A stretch of 64,000 nucleotides of DNA from Mobula hypostoma (GCF_963921235.1 NC_086108.1:104286001-104350000); one strand, 5' to 3'; positions 1-12,623 are shown, counted from the stretch's first letter. Numbers and translations: made by a program. The notes: generated by a model from the sequence alone, not told the origin.

Positions 1-145
1 ACAGGTGGCTGTGGAGGCCAAGTCATTGGGTATATTTAAGGCAGAGTTTGATAGTCAGGGCCTGAAGTGATACGGGGAGAAGGCAGGAGATTGGGGCTGA
101 GAGGCTTGATGGGCCAAATGGCCAAACTCTGCTCCTATGTCTTAT
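1..145 (+). mobile_element. CR1-type LINE 3' end fragment
   Basis: End of ORF2 (AVEAKSLGIFKAEFD) plus the 3' tail 'ctgctcctatgtcttat' shared with the other CR1 copies in the window. Confidence 0.8.
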
Positions 146-930
146 AAGCAGCAGTGGAAGTTGCAGTGAGGTAAGGGTTAAAGATAATGACCAGGGAAGG
201 ATAAACAAGAGAAAATCTGCAGATGCTGGAAATCAAATTAATACATACAAAATACATTTTGTGTGTATTCCAGGCAAGGATCGTTTAGGGAGAGAGTGCA
301 GCCAACCCAGCCGACTGAGACCTTTGAAGAGCGTAGCTTCCTTTTGCACAGTAAGGGGCCAGAGCTATTTAACATACCTAGACAAGATAAGGATTCTGGG
401 ATCGCATTTAGTATTGTTCAGTTACTCTACTGATTCTGAAGTGTTATCGGCCTTTGACGTGTGCCTGATTCCATTACAATGTGGGCAGGGATAGAAGACT
501 GACCACACAAGTGATTGAAGTTTGCACTACAAGGGCTCAACAGAAAGGGAGCCATAGTTACCATTTGGCTCCAGGAACTGGACACTGCTGGCAAACCTGA
601 AGGGAATGAAAAATTCCGCTGGGACAACACAAAAATGAGCACTGGTATTTCCCTGGATCCGTCTTGAGAAAGCAGAAGGTTTGACTGGTTGGAATTCATG
701 TGGGGGAGCGTGGTGGGGAAGTGGCGAGTGGGTGGAGCGCTGGAAGACAGCTGATCTATATAGATCAGCATGGCACCAAGTTGAGACTTCCCTTGTGGTC
801 GCAACTCAGTTTTAGTTGTTTTTTAGTGTCCTTTTTGGGTTCATGGGGATGGTTTTGGGGACAGAAAGGAGTGTAATTATGGGGGCAATGGGAAAATTAT
901 TTCTTTTGTGTTTCTTGATCTCTATCCTGG

Positions 931-1623
931 TGTAAGGGGGTTTCGTCTTTATGTTACTGCGTAGGCTAATTAAAATGGCTTCTTTGTTATGTTATACTTG
1001 GGAATGCTTCTTTGTTATGTTAAACGCTGAGAAAATTTTGCGCTAGCAGCTTGTTTTGGGTTAGGCGGTGATGTGAAGACGCTACGAACCAATTGGGATA
1101 GTTGTTATGATTTTGGTGTATCTGGAAGATTTGTATGCACAGGGTTTTGAGGGGAGAAGGCGGGAGAGAGACACAGAGGATGGACCAGGTGCTGTGATGT
1201 TCGCTAACGGGGTCGGATCCCGAGGAGGGCGTTCAACGAGGAGACGGAGATGGACTCGTGTGGAGCGTCTGGTTGACCACCGTTGTTGGTCCCAGGCGGC
1301 CGGTCGAGGTGGTCCGAGGGGTCGCAGGGTGAAGAAGAAGGGTCCTGAGCTCCAACTGTTGTGCATGAAGAGATTGAACTTTGATAAGTGTGGCGCCTTT
1401 TATTTTCCTTTTATATTTTATTCTCTATTAATTATATAGTTCCAGTAATATCTATAAACTCTAAATCATTTAATCGTATCTGGTGTATTGTCTGTTATTT
1501 GGGCAGGGTGCGGTACATCACACAGCATCCACACAAGCTAATTACCCAGTTTGGCGGGGCCGAGGGCTGTTTCCTTAGATGACAGCGAGCCGAGCGACCC
1601 TAAGGGTGGCCAGGGGGGCTACA
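931..1623 (+). mobile_element. Solo LTR (Gypsy/ERV-type)
   Basis: Begins TGTAAG and ends CTACA; flanked by a 4-bp direct repeat CTGG (927-930, 1624-1627); CpG-rich body; strand is tentative. Confidence 0.75.
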
Positions 1624-2625
1624 CTGGAGATCCAGTATCACTTGGCCCTGCCACTTTGATCTAGCCCACACCTTCATTAACCCAGTCCATCACCACTTGC
1701 ATTTATTCAGATCTTTCTCCTTCTTACATCTATAAAAGATTTAGGTTTATGAATATGCTAAGGATTAGTGGGAGTGGTGGAGCTGGATTATAAGGAATGC
1801 ATGCTCAAGTTTGTGGGATGTAGGACAGAGTTTGTGGGGGTGTGCATCACAATTAGTATTGGTCAGTTACTTAACTGATTAACTTTACTTTGGTTACAAG
1901 TGAGGGGGACGACCTACCAGGGTGAGCCACACTGACCTGGTGTCTGGCACTGAGTCTGGAGCTATGGTTCAGAAGAGAAGAGAAGTGAAGAGGACTGCAG
2001 TGGTAATAGAAGGTTCTGTAGTTAGATGAACAGGGACAAGGTTCTGTGAACGTGATAGAGACACATGGATGATGCATTGCCACCCAGGTGCCAGGATCAG
2101 GAAAGTCTCTGACTGGGCCCATGGCTTTCTCAAGGGGGACCAGAAGTCTTGGTACGTATTGACACCTGAAAAACAGGACCTCCAAAATGGTGATCTCTGG
2201 ATTGCTGCCCATGCCATGCACCAGTGAGGTATGAATAGGATGACTTGGCAGATGAATGTATGGCTGGTGAGCTGGTTCAGAGGGCAGGGCTTCAGATTTA
2301 TGGATCTTTGGGATCTCTTCTGGGGAAGGTATGACCTGTTACACCCGAACATGAAGGGGAACAATATCCTTGCAGACAGGTTTGCTAGAACTGTTCGGGA
2401 GGTTTTAAACTAATTTGACAGGGGGATGGGAAGTGAAGTGATAGGGCTGATGATGGGGTAGTTGGTTTACAAACAGAGGCTGTGTGTAGTGAGACTGCCA
2501 GCAAGGAGAGGCTGATGATAGGGCAAAATTGCAGGCAATGGGATGAGTTGCAATGTAAAATGGGATCAAATCCGAAAAGGGTGATGAATGCAGGGCTGAA
2601 AGTGTTATATTTGAATGCACACAGT

Positions 2626-3041
2626 CGTCATCGTGGCTAACCCTCGAGGTCGAGGATGATGGTCTTCGTTCTGAAGAAGTGGCCCACAGAGTGAAGACGC
2701 CTGTGCGTGTATTTGTTTAACGTGTACTTGATGTTGCACTCCAAGAAGCACACGATACTTCACAAATCAACCAACTGATTCCAATGGCATGGAAACCACG
2801 ACGATTGGAGCTGATGGATTTGTTGCAGCCTTCACCCTCCTTCACAGCCATTGAGTTTGAAGTAACTTGGTCCGCCTGTTTCACCATTGAGGTCTTGGTT
2901 GGACTGTTCTTCGTCAGGGACCTCACCCTCAACCTCACTGCCATGGGTGACCCTACCAGGAGCATAGCTCCAGACGGCATTGCTCTCGGGATCACAGGAC
3001 CACACAAGCTTCTCCACCGTGACAAGGTGGCAATCCACTCA
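2626..3041 (-). mobile_element. Non-autonomous RTE-related retroposon, 416 bp, complete with TSD
   Basis: 13-bp TSD GAATGCACACAGT (2613-2625, 3042-3054); minus-strand head 'ccaccttgtcacggtggagaagcttgtgtgg...ggtagggtcacccatggc' resembles RTE 5' UTRs; short gat/gac tail. Confidence 0.75.
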
Positions 3042-4209
3042 GAATGCACACAGTATATGTAATACGATAGATGAACTTGTAGCACAAGTTACTGACTGGC
3101 ATGTATGACATTGTAAGCATCACTGAATTGTGGCTGAGAGAAGTTCAGAGCTTAACATCTGAGGATACACATTGTATAAAAAAGGACAGGCAGGTAGGCA
3201 GAAGGGGTGTGGTGGATCTGTTGGTAAAAAATGAAATTAAATCATTAGAAAGAAGTGACATAGGATCGGAAGGTAGAGAATTGTTGTGCGTCGAGCTAAG
3301 ATACTGCAAAGGTAAAAAGATCCTGATGGGAGTTATATACAGACCTCCAAAAAGTAGTAAAGATGAGGTCAACAAAGTACATTGGAAGATAGAAAATGCA
3401 TGTCAAAAAGGCAATAGATTTGGGGGATGTCCATGTGCAGGTAGATTGGGAAAATAAGGTTGGTGCTGGATCCCAAGAGGGGTCATTTTTAGAATGACTA
3501 CCAGATGGCTTTTTAGAGCAGGTTGTGGTAGAGCCCATCAGGGGATCAGCTATTCTTGATTAGGTGTTATGCAATGAAATGGAATTGATTAGAGAGTTTA
3601 AGGTAAAGGAACCATTCGGGACAGGTAATCATAAATTGATAGAATTCACCCCGAAATTTGAAAGGAGAAGCTAAAGTCAGATGTATCAGTATTACAGTGG
3701 AGTAAAAGGACTTACAGAGGCATGAGAAAGGAGTTGGATAGAATTGTTTGGAAAAAACACTGTCAGGGATGACGGCAGAGCAGCAATGTCTGGAGTTTCA
3801 GGGAGCAATTCAGAAGGCACAGGATAAAGGCATCGCAAGGAAGAAGAAGTATTCTAAAGGCAGGATGATGTAACAGTGGCTAACATGAGAAGTCAAAGCC
3901 AACATTAAAACCAGAGAAGGCATATAGTAGAGCAAAAATTAATGGGAAGTTAGAGGATTGCGAAGCTTTTAAAAACCAGCAGGAGACAATTTAAAAGGTC
4001 ATAAAGAGGGAAAGGATGGAATATGAAGGTAAACTAACTAATAATATTAAAGAGGATACCAAAAGTTTCTTCAGATATACAAAATGTGAAAGAGAGGCAA
4101 GAGTGGATATTGGAGAGTAGAGATCAGAGAATAGATAAAGTAGGCCGAAGTCAGCATGATTTCCATAAGGGAAAATCTTGCCTGACTAATCTGTTGGAAT
4201 TCTTTGAAG

Positions 4210-4867
4210 GAATGGGACCCGTTCTCGGGATTCCATGACTGGCCACTATTCAACATGCCAAGGACTTAGCCTGAGAATCTCGATCGTGTTTGGAAGCCTA
4301 AGATCTCGGGGCTCTGGAGAGGGGCAGATTGAGGGTCGGTGTCATGGCAGGAGACTCGTATGTCGTCTGGGAGGCCGGAAAATCTTTCGCTGTGGGCCCG
4401 AAGATCTGAGGTTCTTTGTGATCTTTGGACACAGAGCTTGGAAAAAGCGACAAAATGGACTTTCAAGATCATAAACTAGTGGGTTGATGTTATGTCTCCC
4501 GCTGGCTGTGAATATGGGGGACACCTTCCTCTCCCTTGCCAGGGAGAGTGAGAACCTCTGGTTTGTCAAATTTGGATGAAATGCGAAGCCTTTGGGGTAA
4601 CTTTGGTCTGTGTCTTTGCTATTGCTTATCACATGCTTGGGCTCAGTGACGGTACCGATGCGCATTTTATTTTGCTGGTGGTGGGGATCGTTGCTCACTG
4701 CCGCTTACGCACAGGAGGAGGGAGCTGGGGAGGACTTTGGGGTTCTCACGTTTAACTGTTCTTCATTCTTTGGGGCACTTCTCTGTTTTTGTCGATGTTT
4801 GCGAAGAAAAAGCATTTCAGGATGTATATTGTATACATTTCTCTGACATTAAATTTGACCTTGGAAC
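4210..4867 (+). mobile_element. Non-coding non-autonomous retroposon with a short-repeat tail
   Basis: Interrupts CR1 RT between NLLEFFE and EVTSKID; CTTTGAAG repeated on both sides; its 3' part matches the reverse complement of 34670-34950. Confidence 0.65.
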
Positions 4868-4962
4868 CTTTGAAGTAACAAGCAAGATAGACAAAGGAGA
4901 ATCAGTGAATGTTGTGTACTTGGATTTTCAGAAGACCTTTAACCAGGTTCCACACATGAGAC

Positions 4963-5445
4963 CATAAGAGGATAAGATACAGGAGCAGAATTAGGCCCTT
5001 TGGCCTTTCGAGCCAGGCTCCATCATTTCTTCATGGCATATCCACTTTTTCTTCTCACCCCTAATTGCCTGCCTCCCCCCTCCCCATCTCTTCATACCCT
5101 GACCAATCAGGAATCTACCAACCTCTGCCTTAAATATACGTTAAGACTTGACCTCTGCGGCTGCCTGTGGCAACAAATTCCACAGATTCACAACTTTCTG
5201 GCTAAAGAAATCCCTCCTCATCTCTGTTCTAAAAGGATGCCCCTGTATTCTGAGGCTGTGTTCTTTGGTCTTAGACACACCCAACATAGGAAACATCCAC
5301 TTCACATCCACCCTATCCAGTCCTGTCACCATTTGATAGGTTTCAGTTAGGTCACCACACATTCTTCTGAAGTCCAGTGAATACAGACCCAGAGCCATCA
5401 AACGCTCTTCATATGACAAGCCATTCAATCCTAGAATCATTTTTT
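4963..5445 (-). mobile_element. CR1 LINE 3' end
   Basis: ORF 5141-5494 segment LSYEERLMALGLYSLDFRR...FFSQKVVNLWNLLP; CR1 tail. Confidence 0.9.
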
Positions 5446-5446
5446 T

Positions 5447-6500
5447 GAACACAAACAACAGGAATTCTGCAGATGCTGGAAATTCAAGCAACACACATAA
5501 AAGTTGCTGGTGAACACAGCAGGCCAGGCAGCATCTCTAGGAAGAGGTGCAGTCGACGTTTCAGGCCGAGACCCTTCGTCAGGACTAACTGAAGGAAGAG
5601 CTAGTAAGGGATTTGAAAGTGGGAGGGGGAGGGGGAGATCCAAAATGATAGGAGAAGACAGGAGGGGGAGGGATGGAGCCAAGAGCTGGACAGGTGATAG
5701 GCAAAAGGGATACGAGAGGATCATGGGACAGGAGGTCCGGGAAGAAAGACAAGGGGGGGGACCCAGAGGATGGGCAAGGGGTATATTCAGAGGGACAGAG
5801 GGAGAAAAAGGGGAGTGAGAGAAAGAATGTGTGTATAAAAATAAATAACGGATGGGGTACGAGGGGGAGGTGGGGCATTAGCGGAAGTTAGAGAAGTCGA
5901 TGTTCATGCCATCAGGTTGGAGACTACCCAGACGGAATATAAGGTGTTGTTCCTCCAACCTGAGTGTGGCTTCATCTTTACAGTAGAGGAGGCTGTGGAT
6001 AGACATGTCAGAATGGGAATGGGATGTGGAATTAAAATGTGTGGCCAGTGGGAGATCCTGCTTTCTCTGGCGGACAGAGCGTAGGTGTTCAGCAAAGCAG
6101 TGTCCCAGTCTGCGTCGGGTCTCGCCAATATATAGAAGGCCACATCGGGAGCACCGGACGCAGTATATCACCCCAGCCGACTCACAGGTGAAGTGTCACC
6201 TCACCTGGAAGGACTGTCTGGGGCCCTGAATGGTGGTAAGGGAGGAAGTGTAAGGGCATGTGTAGCACTTGTTCCGCTTACAAGGATATGTGCCAGGAGG
6301 GAGATCAGTGGGGAGGTTTGGGGGGGCAAATGGACAAGGGAGTCGCGTAGGGAGCGATCCCTGCAGAAAGCTGGGGGGGGGGGAGGGAAAGATGTGTTTA
6401 GTGATGGGATCCTTTTGGAGGTGGCAGAAGTTACGGAGAATAATATGTTGGACCCGGAGGCTGGTGGGGTGGTAGGTGAGGACCAAGGGAACCCTTTTAT
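5447..6500 (-). mobile_element. Penelope-like element 3' part: GIY-YIG endonuclease, 3' UTR and hammerhead
   Basis: IYCVRCSRCGLLYIGETRRRL...HFNSTSHS...LGSLQPDGMN (5878-6171) and VPLVLTYHP...PCKRNKCYTCPY linker (6196-6504). Confidence 0.92.
5550..5591 (-). ncRNA. Minimal type I hammerhead ribozyme (intact core)
   Basis: Minus strand reads cagttagtc-CTGACGA-agg(gtctcgg)cct-GAAA-cg-TC-gactg. Confidence 0.85.
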
Positions 6501-6592
6501 GCATTGAATTGCTGCCACATGATTGGCTGATTAGATATTTGCATTACCGAGCAGGCGTACAGGTGTATCTAATAAAGTGACTGCTGAGTCTA
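6500..6592. mobile_element. Tc1/mariner-type MITE right-end fragment
   Basis: 'gtgtatctaataaagtgactgctgagtcta' resembles a Tc1-type terminal inverted repeat. Confidence 0.45.
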
Positions 6593-6927
6593 AAATGTTA
6601 GGTAGTCACTGAGGAGAAAGCACGAGAGAGTCACACCTCAAGGTTCAACAACAGCTTCTTCCCCACTGCTATCAGGTTCTTGAACCAACAATAAGATGGA
6701 CTCTTGACCTCACAATCTACCCCATTGTGACCTTTGCACCTTATTGTCTCCCCGCACTGCACTTCCGCTGTGATTCACAACACTTGATTCCGCATTCTGT
6801 TATTGTTTTATCTTGTTTTACCTCACTGCATTGTGTAATGATCTGAAATGTATAAACAGTATGCAAAATAGGCTTTTCACTGTATCATGGAGTATGTGAC
6901 AGTAATAAACCAATTCTGTTTTCTCTG

Positions 6928-7250
6928 TAACATACATCAAAGTTGCTGGTGAACGCAGCAGGCCAAGCAGCATCTATAGGAAGAGGCGCAGTCGACGTTT
7001 CAGGCCGAGACCCTTCATCAGGACTAACTGAAGGAAGAGTGAGTAAGGGATTTGAAAGCTGGAGGGGGAGGGGGAGATGCAAAATGATAGGAGAAGACAG
7101 GAGGAGGAGGGATAGAGCCGAGAGCTGGACAGGTGATAGGCAAAAGGGGATACGAGAGGATCATGGGACAGGAGGTCCGGGAAGAAAGACGGGGGGGGGG
7201 GGACTTCACCAGTCGACTCACAGGTGAAGTGTTGCCTCACCTGGAAGGAG
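6928..7250 (-). mobile_element. Internally deleted Penelope-like element
   Basis: Matches 5490-5760, then jumps at the G-run to the endonuclease segment matching 6170-6212. Confidence 0.85.
6989..7030 (-). ncRNA. Minimal type I hammerhead ribozyme (intact, CUGAUGA variant)
   Basis: Minus strand reads cagttagtc-CTGATGA-agggtctcggcct-GAAA-cgtc-gactg. Confidence 0.85.
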
Positions 7251-7264
7251 TGTTCATTTTTTTG

Positions 7265-7960
7265 AAGCTCCCTCCAGTTTCAGCACATCCTTTCTAAGAT
7301 AAGGGGCCCAAAATTGCTCATAATACTCAAACTGAGACTTCACCAGTACTTTATAAAGTCTCAACACTAATTCCTTGCTTTTATATTCTAGTCCTCTGCA
7401 TCACATTTGCCTTCCTTAACATGGACTCAAACTTCAAATTAATCTTTAGGGAATATTCCTAAGTCCCTTTGTGCCTCAGATTTTTGTATTTTTCCTCCAT
7501 TTAGAAAATAGTTAACCCTTTCATTTCTTTTACTGAAGTGCATGACCATATGCTTCCTGACGCTGTATTTCATCTGCCATTTCTGTACCCATTTCCGAAT
7601 CTGCCTAAGTCTTTCTGTTGCTTCTCTACTTCCTCAAAACTACCAGCCTCTCCATCTATCTTCACTCCAGCTGAAAATTTTGCAACAAAACCATTAATTC
7701 CATCTTCCAAATCATTGACACGTAATGGTAAAAAGAATTTGTCCCAACACTACTAGTCACCGGCAGCCAGCCAGAAAAGGCTCCTTTCATTTCCACGCTT
7801 TGCCTCCTACCAGTCAGCCATTGCTTTATCCAAGCTAGAATCCTTCCTGTAACACCATGGGCTCATAGCTTGTTAAGCACCTCATGTGTGGCACATTGTC
7901 AAAGGCCTTCTGAAAATCCAAATGCACATCAACCTATTCTCCTTTGTCTATCCAGCCTGC
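7265..7960 (-). mobile_element. Degenerate CR1 RT fragment
   Basis: Reverse complement encodes DFQKAFDNVPHMR and resembles 28200-28860. Confidence 0.8.
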
Positions 7961-7979
7961 TTAACAGGAGGCTGCCCAT

Positions 7980-8115
7980 GCTCTGATGAAGGGTCTAGGC
8001 CTGAAGTGTCAGCTCTTTATCCCCTTCATAGATACTGCCTGACCTGCTGAATTCCTCCATCATTTTGCAGAGCAGTTACTCTGGATTTCAGCATCTGCAG
8101 AATCTCTTGTGTTTA
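7980..8115 (+). mobile_element. PLE terminal module with a decayed hammerhead
   Basis: ctgatgaagggtctaggcctgaagtgtc followed by the family tail ...cagcatctgcagaatctcttgtgttt. Confidence 0.7.
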
Positions 8116-8795
8116 TAAGACCGTAAAACCATAAGACAATAGGAGCAGAATTAGGCCCATCGAATCTGCTGGCCATTCAGTCATGGCTGATCCATTTTTT
8201 CCCCTCCTCAGCCCCACTCCCCGGCCTTCTCCCTGTAACCTTTGATACCATGTCTAATCAAGAACCTACCAAGCTCTGCCTTAAATACACCCAACGACTG
8301 GGGCTCTACAGCTGCCTGTGGTAATAAATTTACCACCCTCTGGCTAAGAAACTTCTCTGTATTTCTGTTCTAAATGGATGGCCCTCTATCCTGAGGCTGT
8401 GCCCTCTTGTCCTAGCCTCCCCCAGCATGGGAAACATCCTTTCCACATCTACTCTGTCTTGGCCTTTCAACATTCGAAAGGTTTCAATGCAATCTCCCCT
8501 ACATCCTTCTAAATTCCAGTGAGTACAGACCCAGAATTCCCAGAATCATCCTTGTCAACCTCCTCTGAACCCTCTCCAATGTCTTAGATTTTTTCACATT
8601 TTTTCTTAGATGAGGAGCCCAAAACTGTTCACAATACACAAGGTGAGGCATCACCGGTGCCTTATAAAGCCTCAGCATCACATCCCTGCTCTTGTATTCT
8701 AGACCTCTTGAAATGAATGCTAACATTGCATTTGCCTTCTTCACCACTGACTCTACCTGCAAGTTAACTTTAGGTTGTTCTGCACAAGAACTCCT
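8116..8795 (-). mobile_element. CR1 LINE 3' end
   Basis: ORF 8499-8762 QVESVVKKANAMLAFISRGLEYKSRDVML; (ttatgg)-type tail. Confidence 0.9.
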
Positions 8796-9403
8796 TAAGA
8801 GTGCATGTTGAGTAGATTTTCTAGATAATTAGATGCATTTCTATTGATACACATGCACAAATGAATGCACATTTTGGGAGGAGGTGAATTTTTCCTTTCT
8901 GCATAACACCAACTCAGTGCTAAGAAAGGATTAGCACACAAGGTGTCATCTGACTTCCAGGCAGTTGCTGTCCAACCTGCTGAGAGCAAGAGAGCCTTTC
9001 ACTGATGAAATAATCTTGCTATATTTCCTGTCACACATGCCTGCTTTCCCAAAGCATTAACATGCAGCTATAATGGTGTGAAACCTCATCTGGAATGCAC
9101 ATTAATAAGAGGTTGTATTTCATACAAAGCTAACCCATCCATCGCTTCAGTAATGTTAGCTTTTAACTCCATGGTGCTACAGATAAACACAAACCAACAA
9201 TAAAACTACAAATCAGTGCTTCATGATGAATGCCAATCTATTTGCAAAGTTACCATGAGGTCGAGGACTGAGTAAATGCTTTTATACACGATTGAGTTTA
9301 TGGCCATTCAACCGTGCACATGTATGAAACAATGTTCTCCTGGAATCAAGGTGCAAAGCACAGTGTGTACAGCAGATCACATACAACACTTAAAATAATA
9401 TTA

Positions 9404-10045
9404 ATCCTCCAAGAGGACTACAACCTTGTCGTGGTTTGGAGGCTTGTGTGCCTCAATGACCTGGAGAGCCATGTTGGCTGGAGGCAGGGATTTATGCTTT
9501 GGCTGTTGGTAGGGTCACCCATTGATGCACTATCAATTACTCCAAAAGACTGGAAGTAGAGTAAATACTGAAAGGCTTTTATTAACAGTAAAATGGACCC
9601 ACGTCCATTCTGAGTATCTGTCCTGGACTGTGGGAGGAGCAGTGACACAATCGCCTTTATTCAGGGGTCTGTGGGAGGAGCCACAGGAGCAGTCAGCAGA
9701 GGGGCGTGTCCAGACAGGTAACCCAGTTACAACCTATATATATACGGTTTACCACACCCATAACAACAGGTCAAAGGGTAGAGGTCAGACTCAGTGTGGT
9801 CCACCGGTCCTCCGGAATCGGGGATTCCGCTCGGGGCTAACAACCCTGACTGGTAAAACAAACTTGCTATGGAAACAGCAATGAAGAATCCTTCTACATT
9901 TGAGTGTGGCGGCATTCCTGAGTCTCCACCCGGGGCCTGCATGGCTGACAGTAAACAGCGGGGAAGCTACTGATACAATGAAGAGCATTCCCAGAGATGG
10001 AGGACCTTCATTGCTGCCCTAAATGCCAGCAGGGTAATAATAATA
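9404..10045 (+). mobile_element. Bipartite RTE-derived non-autonomous retroposon interrupted by a solo LTR
   Basis: RTE-like head 'caaccttgtcgtggtttggaggcttgtgtgcc'; 3' end 'gatggaggaccttcattgctgccctaaatgccag' matches the RTE ORF end at 34160-34197; taa tail. Confidence 0.75.
9523..9756 (-). mobile_element. Solo LTR, 234 bp
   Basis: TG...CA termini; 5-bp TSD CCCAT (9518-9522, 9757-9761); AATAAA on the minus strand. Confidence 0.85.
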
Positions 10046-11454
10046 TTAACAGTAAGTAGTAATATTAATTGATGATAATAAAGAAAATATTCTGTGGATG
10101 TACAAGTTGACATAAAGTGCATATACGACATATAGTTAAATGTACAACAGTATTTCTGTTACTGGAATGTACTGGGTGGTAGCAGGGTGTTCAGAAGTCT
10201 CACAGCCTGGGGGAAGAAGCTGTCACCCATCCTGACGAACCTTGTTCTTACACTGTGGTACGTTCTGCCTGACAGTAGGACGTCAAAGAGATTGCACCAG
10301 AGTCAGGTTTGATGTTACTGGCACATGTCGTGAAATTTGTTGTTAAGCGGCAAAGTAGTAGTGCAAAAAGAGAGAGAAAAAAGTAGTGAAGTAGTATTCA
10401 TGGGTTCAATGTCCATTTAGAAATCTGATGGCACCTTTCTACCCTGAGTTATAAGTTGAAATGTAGAACTTATTAAAGGGAGTAAGATTTAAAATTCAAA
10501 GATTCATATTTACTTGTCACGTGTACACTAAAACATGGAATGAAATGCATTGTTTGTGTTAACAGCCAACTCACACGAGTTTGTGACATGTGTCTTCTTG
10601 CCCCATCATTGAACCGTTCACACAGCCTATGGACTCACTTTCAGGGACTCGTGATCTCATGGTCTCGATATTTATTGCTTATTTAACTATTATTATTATT
10701 TCTTTCTTCTTGTATTGACAGAGTTTGTTGTCTTTTGCACACTGGTTGATTGCCCAAATTTGTGTGGTCTTTCATTAATTCTGTTATGATTATTATTCTG
10801 TGATTTATTGAGCGTGCCAGCAGGGCAATGAATCTCAGGGCTTTATATGGTGACATGTATGTACTTTGAAACTTTTGAAACTGTGAAGTGTTGCCACACA
10901 TTCTGGTGCTGACATAGCATGCCCACAAAGTTTTGCAAAATCCACACACATACATAGTTCTCTAAGACAGTCCATATTTTTTGACTTACAGCTTCCAAAA
11001 GATTCAGATTCAGATTTGGATTTGGACTCTGACTTGTAGACATTGGGCCTTTGACTATCCCAGCCAGCTTGCAGAGATTCGCAGACTTGGGATTCTGGCC
11101 AACCGGCCTAGATTTTCAGACTTCTGATTGGATCGTCAGCATCTATCGCAGGACCTGCCAGTCACTGAACAGCGTGTTTTGAACTCCAGACTCGCCAATG
11201 ATGGGACCCTCAAGCTATGGTCTCACCAATTCGCAAACCCAGGGGATCATCTGTCCTCGTTCCTCCTGCCCACACAGAACTCCGACTGTAGAATGCGCTG
11301 ACAGCTCACTGAACCTGGGGGAGCCACCAGTCTTTGTGCACACTGGTAGGTCAGTTGGACATCCCAGGATGGTCTGCAGATATCCCATGTCTGAGTCGCA
11401 GTCTTTCGAACATGGAGCAAAGACAAAAGACTTGAGACTCCAGACCACCCTTTG

Positions 11455-11622
11455 ATTCGTTTGTTATGTGACATGTCACATTGCATGGACGATTATGCTT
11501 TTTCCGTGACCGTGATTGTTCATGGTAAATTTTTCTGCAGAAGTGGTTTGCCATTGCCTTCTTCTGGACAGTATTTTTACAAGATAGCTAACACTATCTT
11601 CAGAGATTGTCTGCCTGGCATC
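11455..11622 (-). mobile_element. RTE-related SINE fragment (Bov-A-like segment)
   Basis: Reverse complement 'gaaggcaatggcaaaccacttctgcagaaaaattt' matches 17592-17630. Confidence 0.65.
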
Positions 11623-12133
11623 AGGGAAATAAACAGGCAACATTTCGGGCTACGACTCTTCATTAAGTCCTAACCTGTTCAACCTTTCCCTATAACTGAT
11701 GCCTTCACGTTCTGCAACATCCTTGTTATTTTCACTGTACTCTCTCAATCTATTCTGATGAAAGATCTTGGCCTAAATTGTCAACTGTTTGTCCCTCTCC
11801 ATCAGTGCTGCCTGGCCTGCTGAGTTCCTCCTGCATTTTGTGCGTGGTGCACTGGATTTCCAGCATCTGTAGAACCCATTGTGTTTATGTTCTTTCAATA
11901 AGTTTCTGTTGGGTCATTTATCTTGTCACCAGTTTATTGCACTCATCCCATACCACCCAATTCCATAATCCTCCCTTCTGTAGATCCTTGTCTATCTTTC
12001 TTGCTGCCTTGTAAAACATTCAATATAATCAAAGGCCCTTCCGTCTACAGACACTCTTCCTTCTCCACCCTCCCATTGGGCAGAAGGTACAAAAGCCTGG
12101 AAATTGGTACCATCAGGATCAAGGGCAGATTCT

Positions 12134-12228
12134 AACAACACACATCAAAGTTGCTGGTGAATGCAGCAGGCCAGGCAGCATCTCTAGGAAGAGGTATAGT
12201 CGACGTTTCAGGCCGAGACCCTTCGTTG
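12134..12228 (-). mobile_element. Short PLE terminal fragment, truncated inside the hammerhead
   Basis: Matches 37205-37298. Confidence 0.8.
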
Positions 12229-12592
12229 GAGGGAAAGGACGTTTAGTGGGTTTAGGATACCAGTCAAGGGGGTGATTTAGTCCTAGATGGTGTCGAGCTC
12301 TGTGGACAATAAGGAACAAGGCACACTGGGATACCAAAAGGCTTATTCCATTTTTGACTTGCTTCTAAATTCCTTCTAAAAAGTATGTACTCTGAGACCA
12401 AATTACCACACATCAGGAATAACTCGCATCTGGTCATGCATTGTTTAGGTACTTCTGCAATTCATACTAATATTATGTCTGACTGCTGCCAAGAAACAAT
12501 GAAAGAAGAGTCTTGGACGGAAACATTGACTGTTTATGTCTCTCTCTCCATAGATGTTGCCCGACCTGTTGAGTTGCTCCAGCATTTTGTGT

Positions 12593-12596
<4 letters not shown>

Positions 12597-12622
<26 letters not shown>
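12597..12622. repeat. (TG)n microsatellite within a PLE tail
   Basis: Direct reading; expansion of the 'ttttgtgtgt' motif of the PLE tail. Confidence 0.95.

Positions 12623-12623
<1 letters not shown>

Larger units (their letters stand above)
1880..4962 (+). mobile_element. Degenerate CR1 LINE (ORF1 SGNH-esterase C-terminus, ORF2 endonuclease and RT), interrupted by two insertions
   Basis: ORF 2231-2413 (GFRFMDLWDLFWGRYDLLHPN), APE-like ORF 3101-3457 (YDIVSITELWL...GVIYRPP), RT motifs GKSCLTNLLEFFE and VVYLDFQK; many stops and deletions. Confidence 0.85.

Noticed and set aside
274..350. 77-bp candidate exon (ttccag|...|gtaagg)
   Set aside because: Weak polypyrimidine tract, unrecognised peptide and no partner exons
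2870..2925. CTGACGA...GAAA on the minus strand resembling a hammerhead
   Set aside because: No convincing stem II or stem I, and no NUH site in the right position
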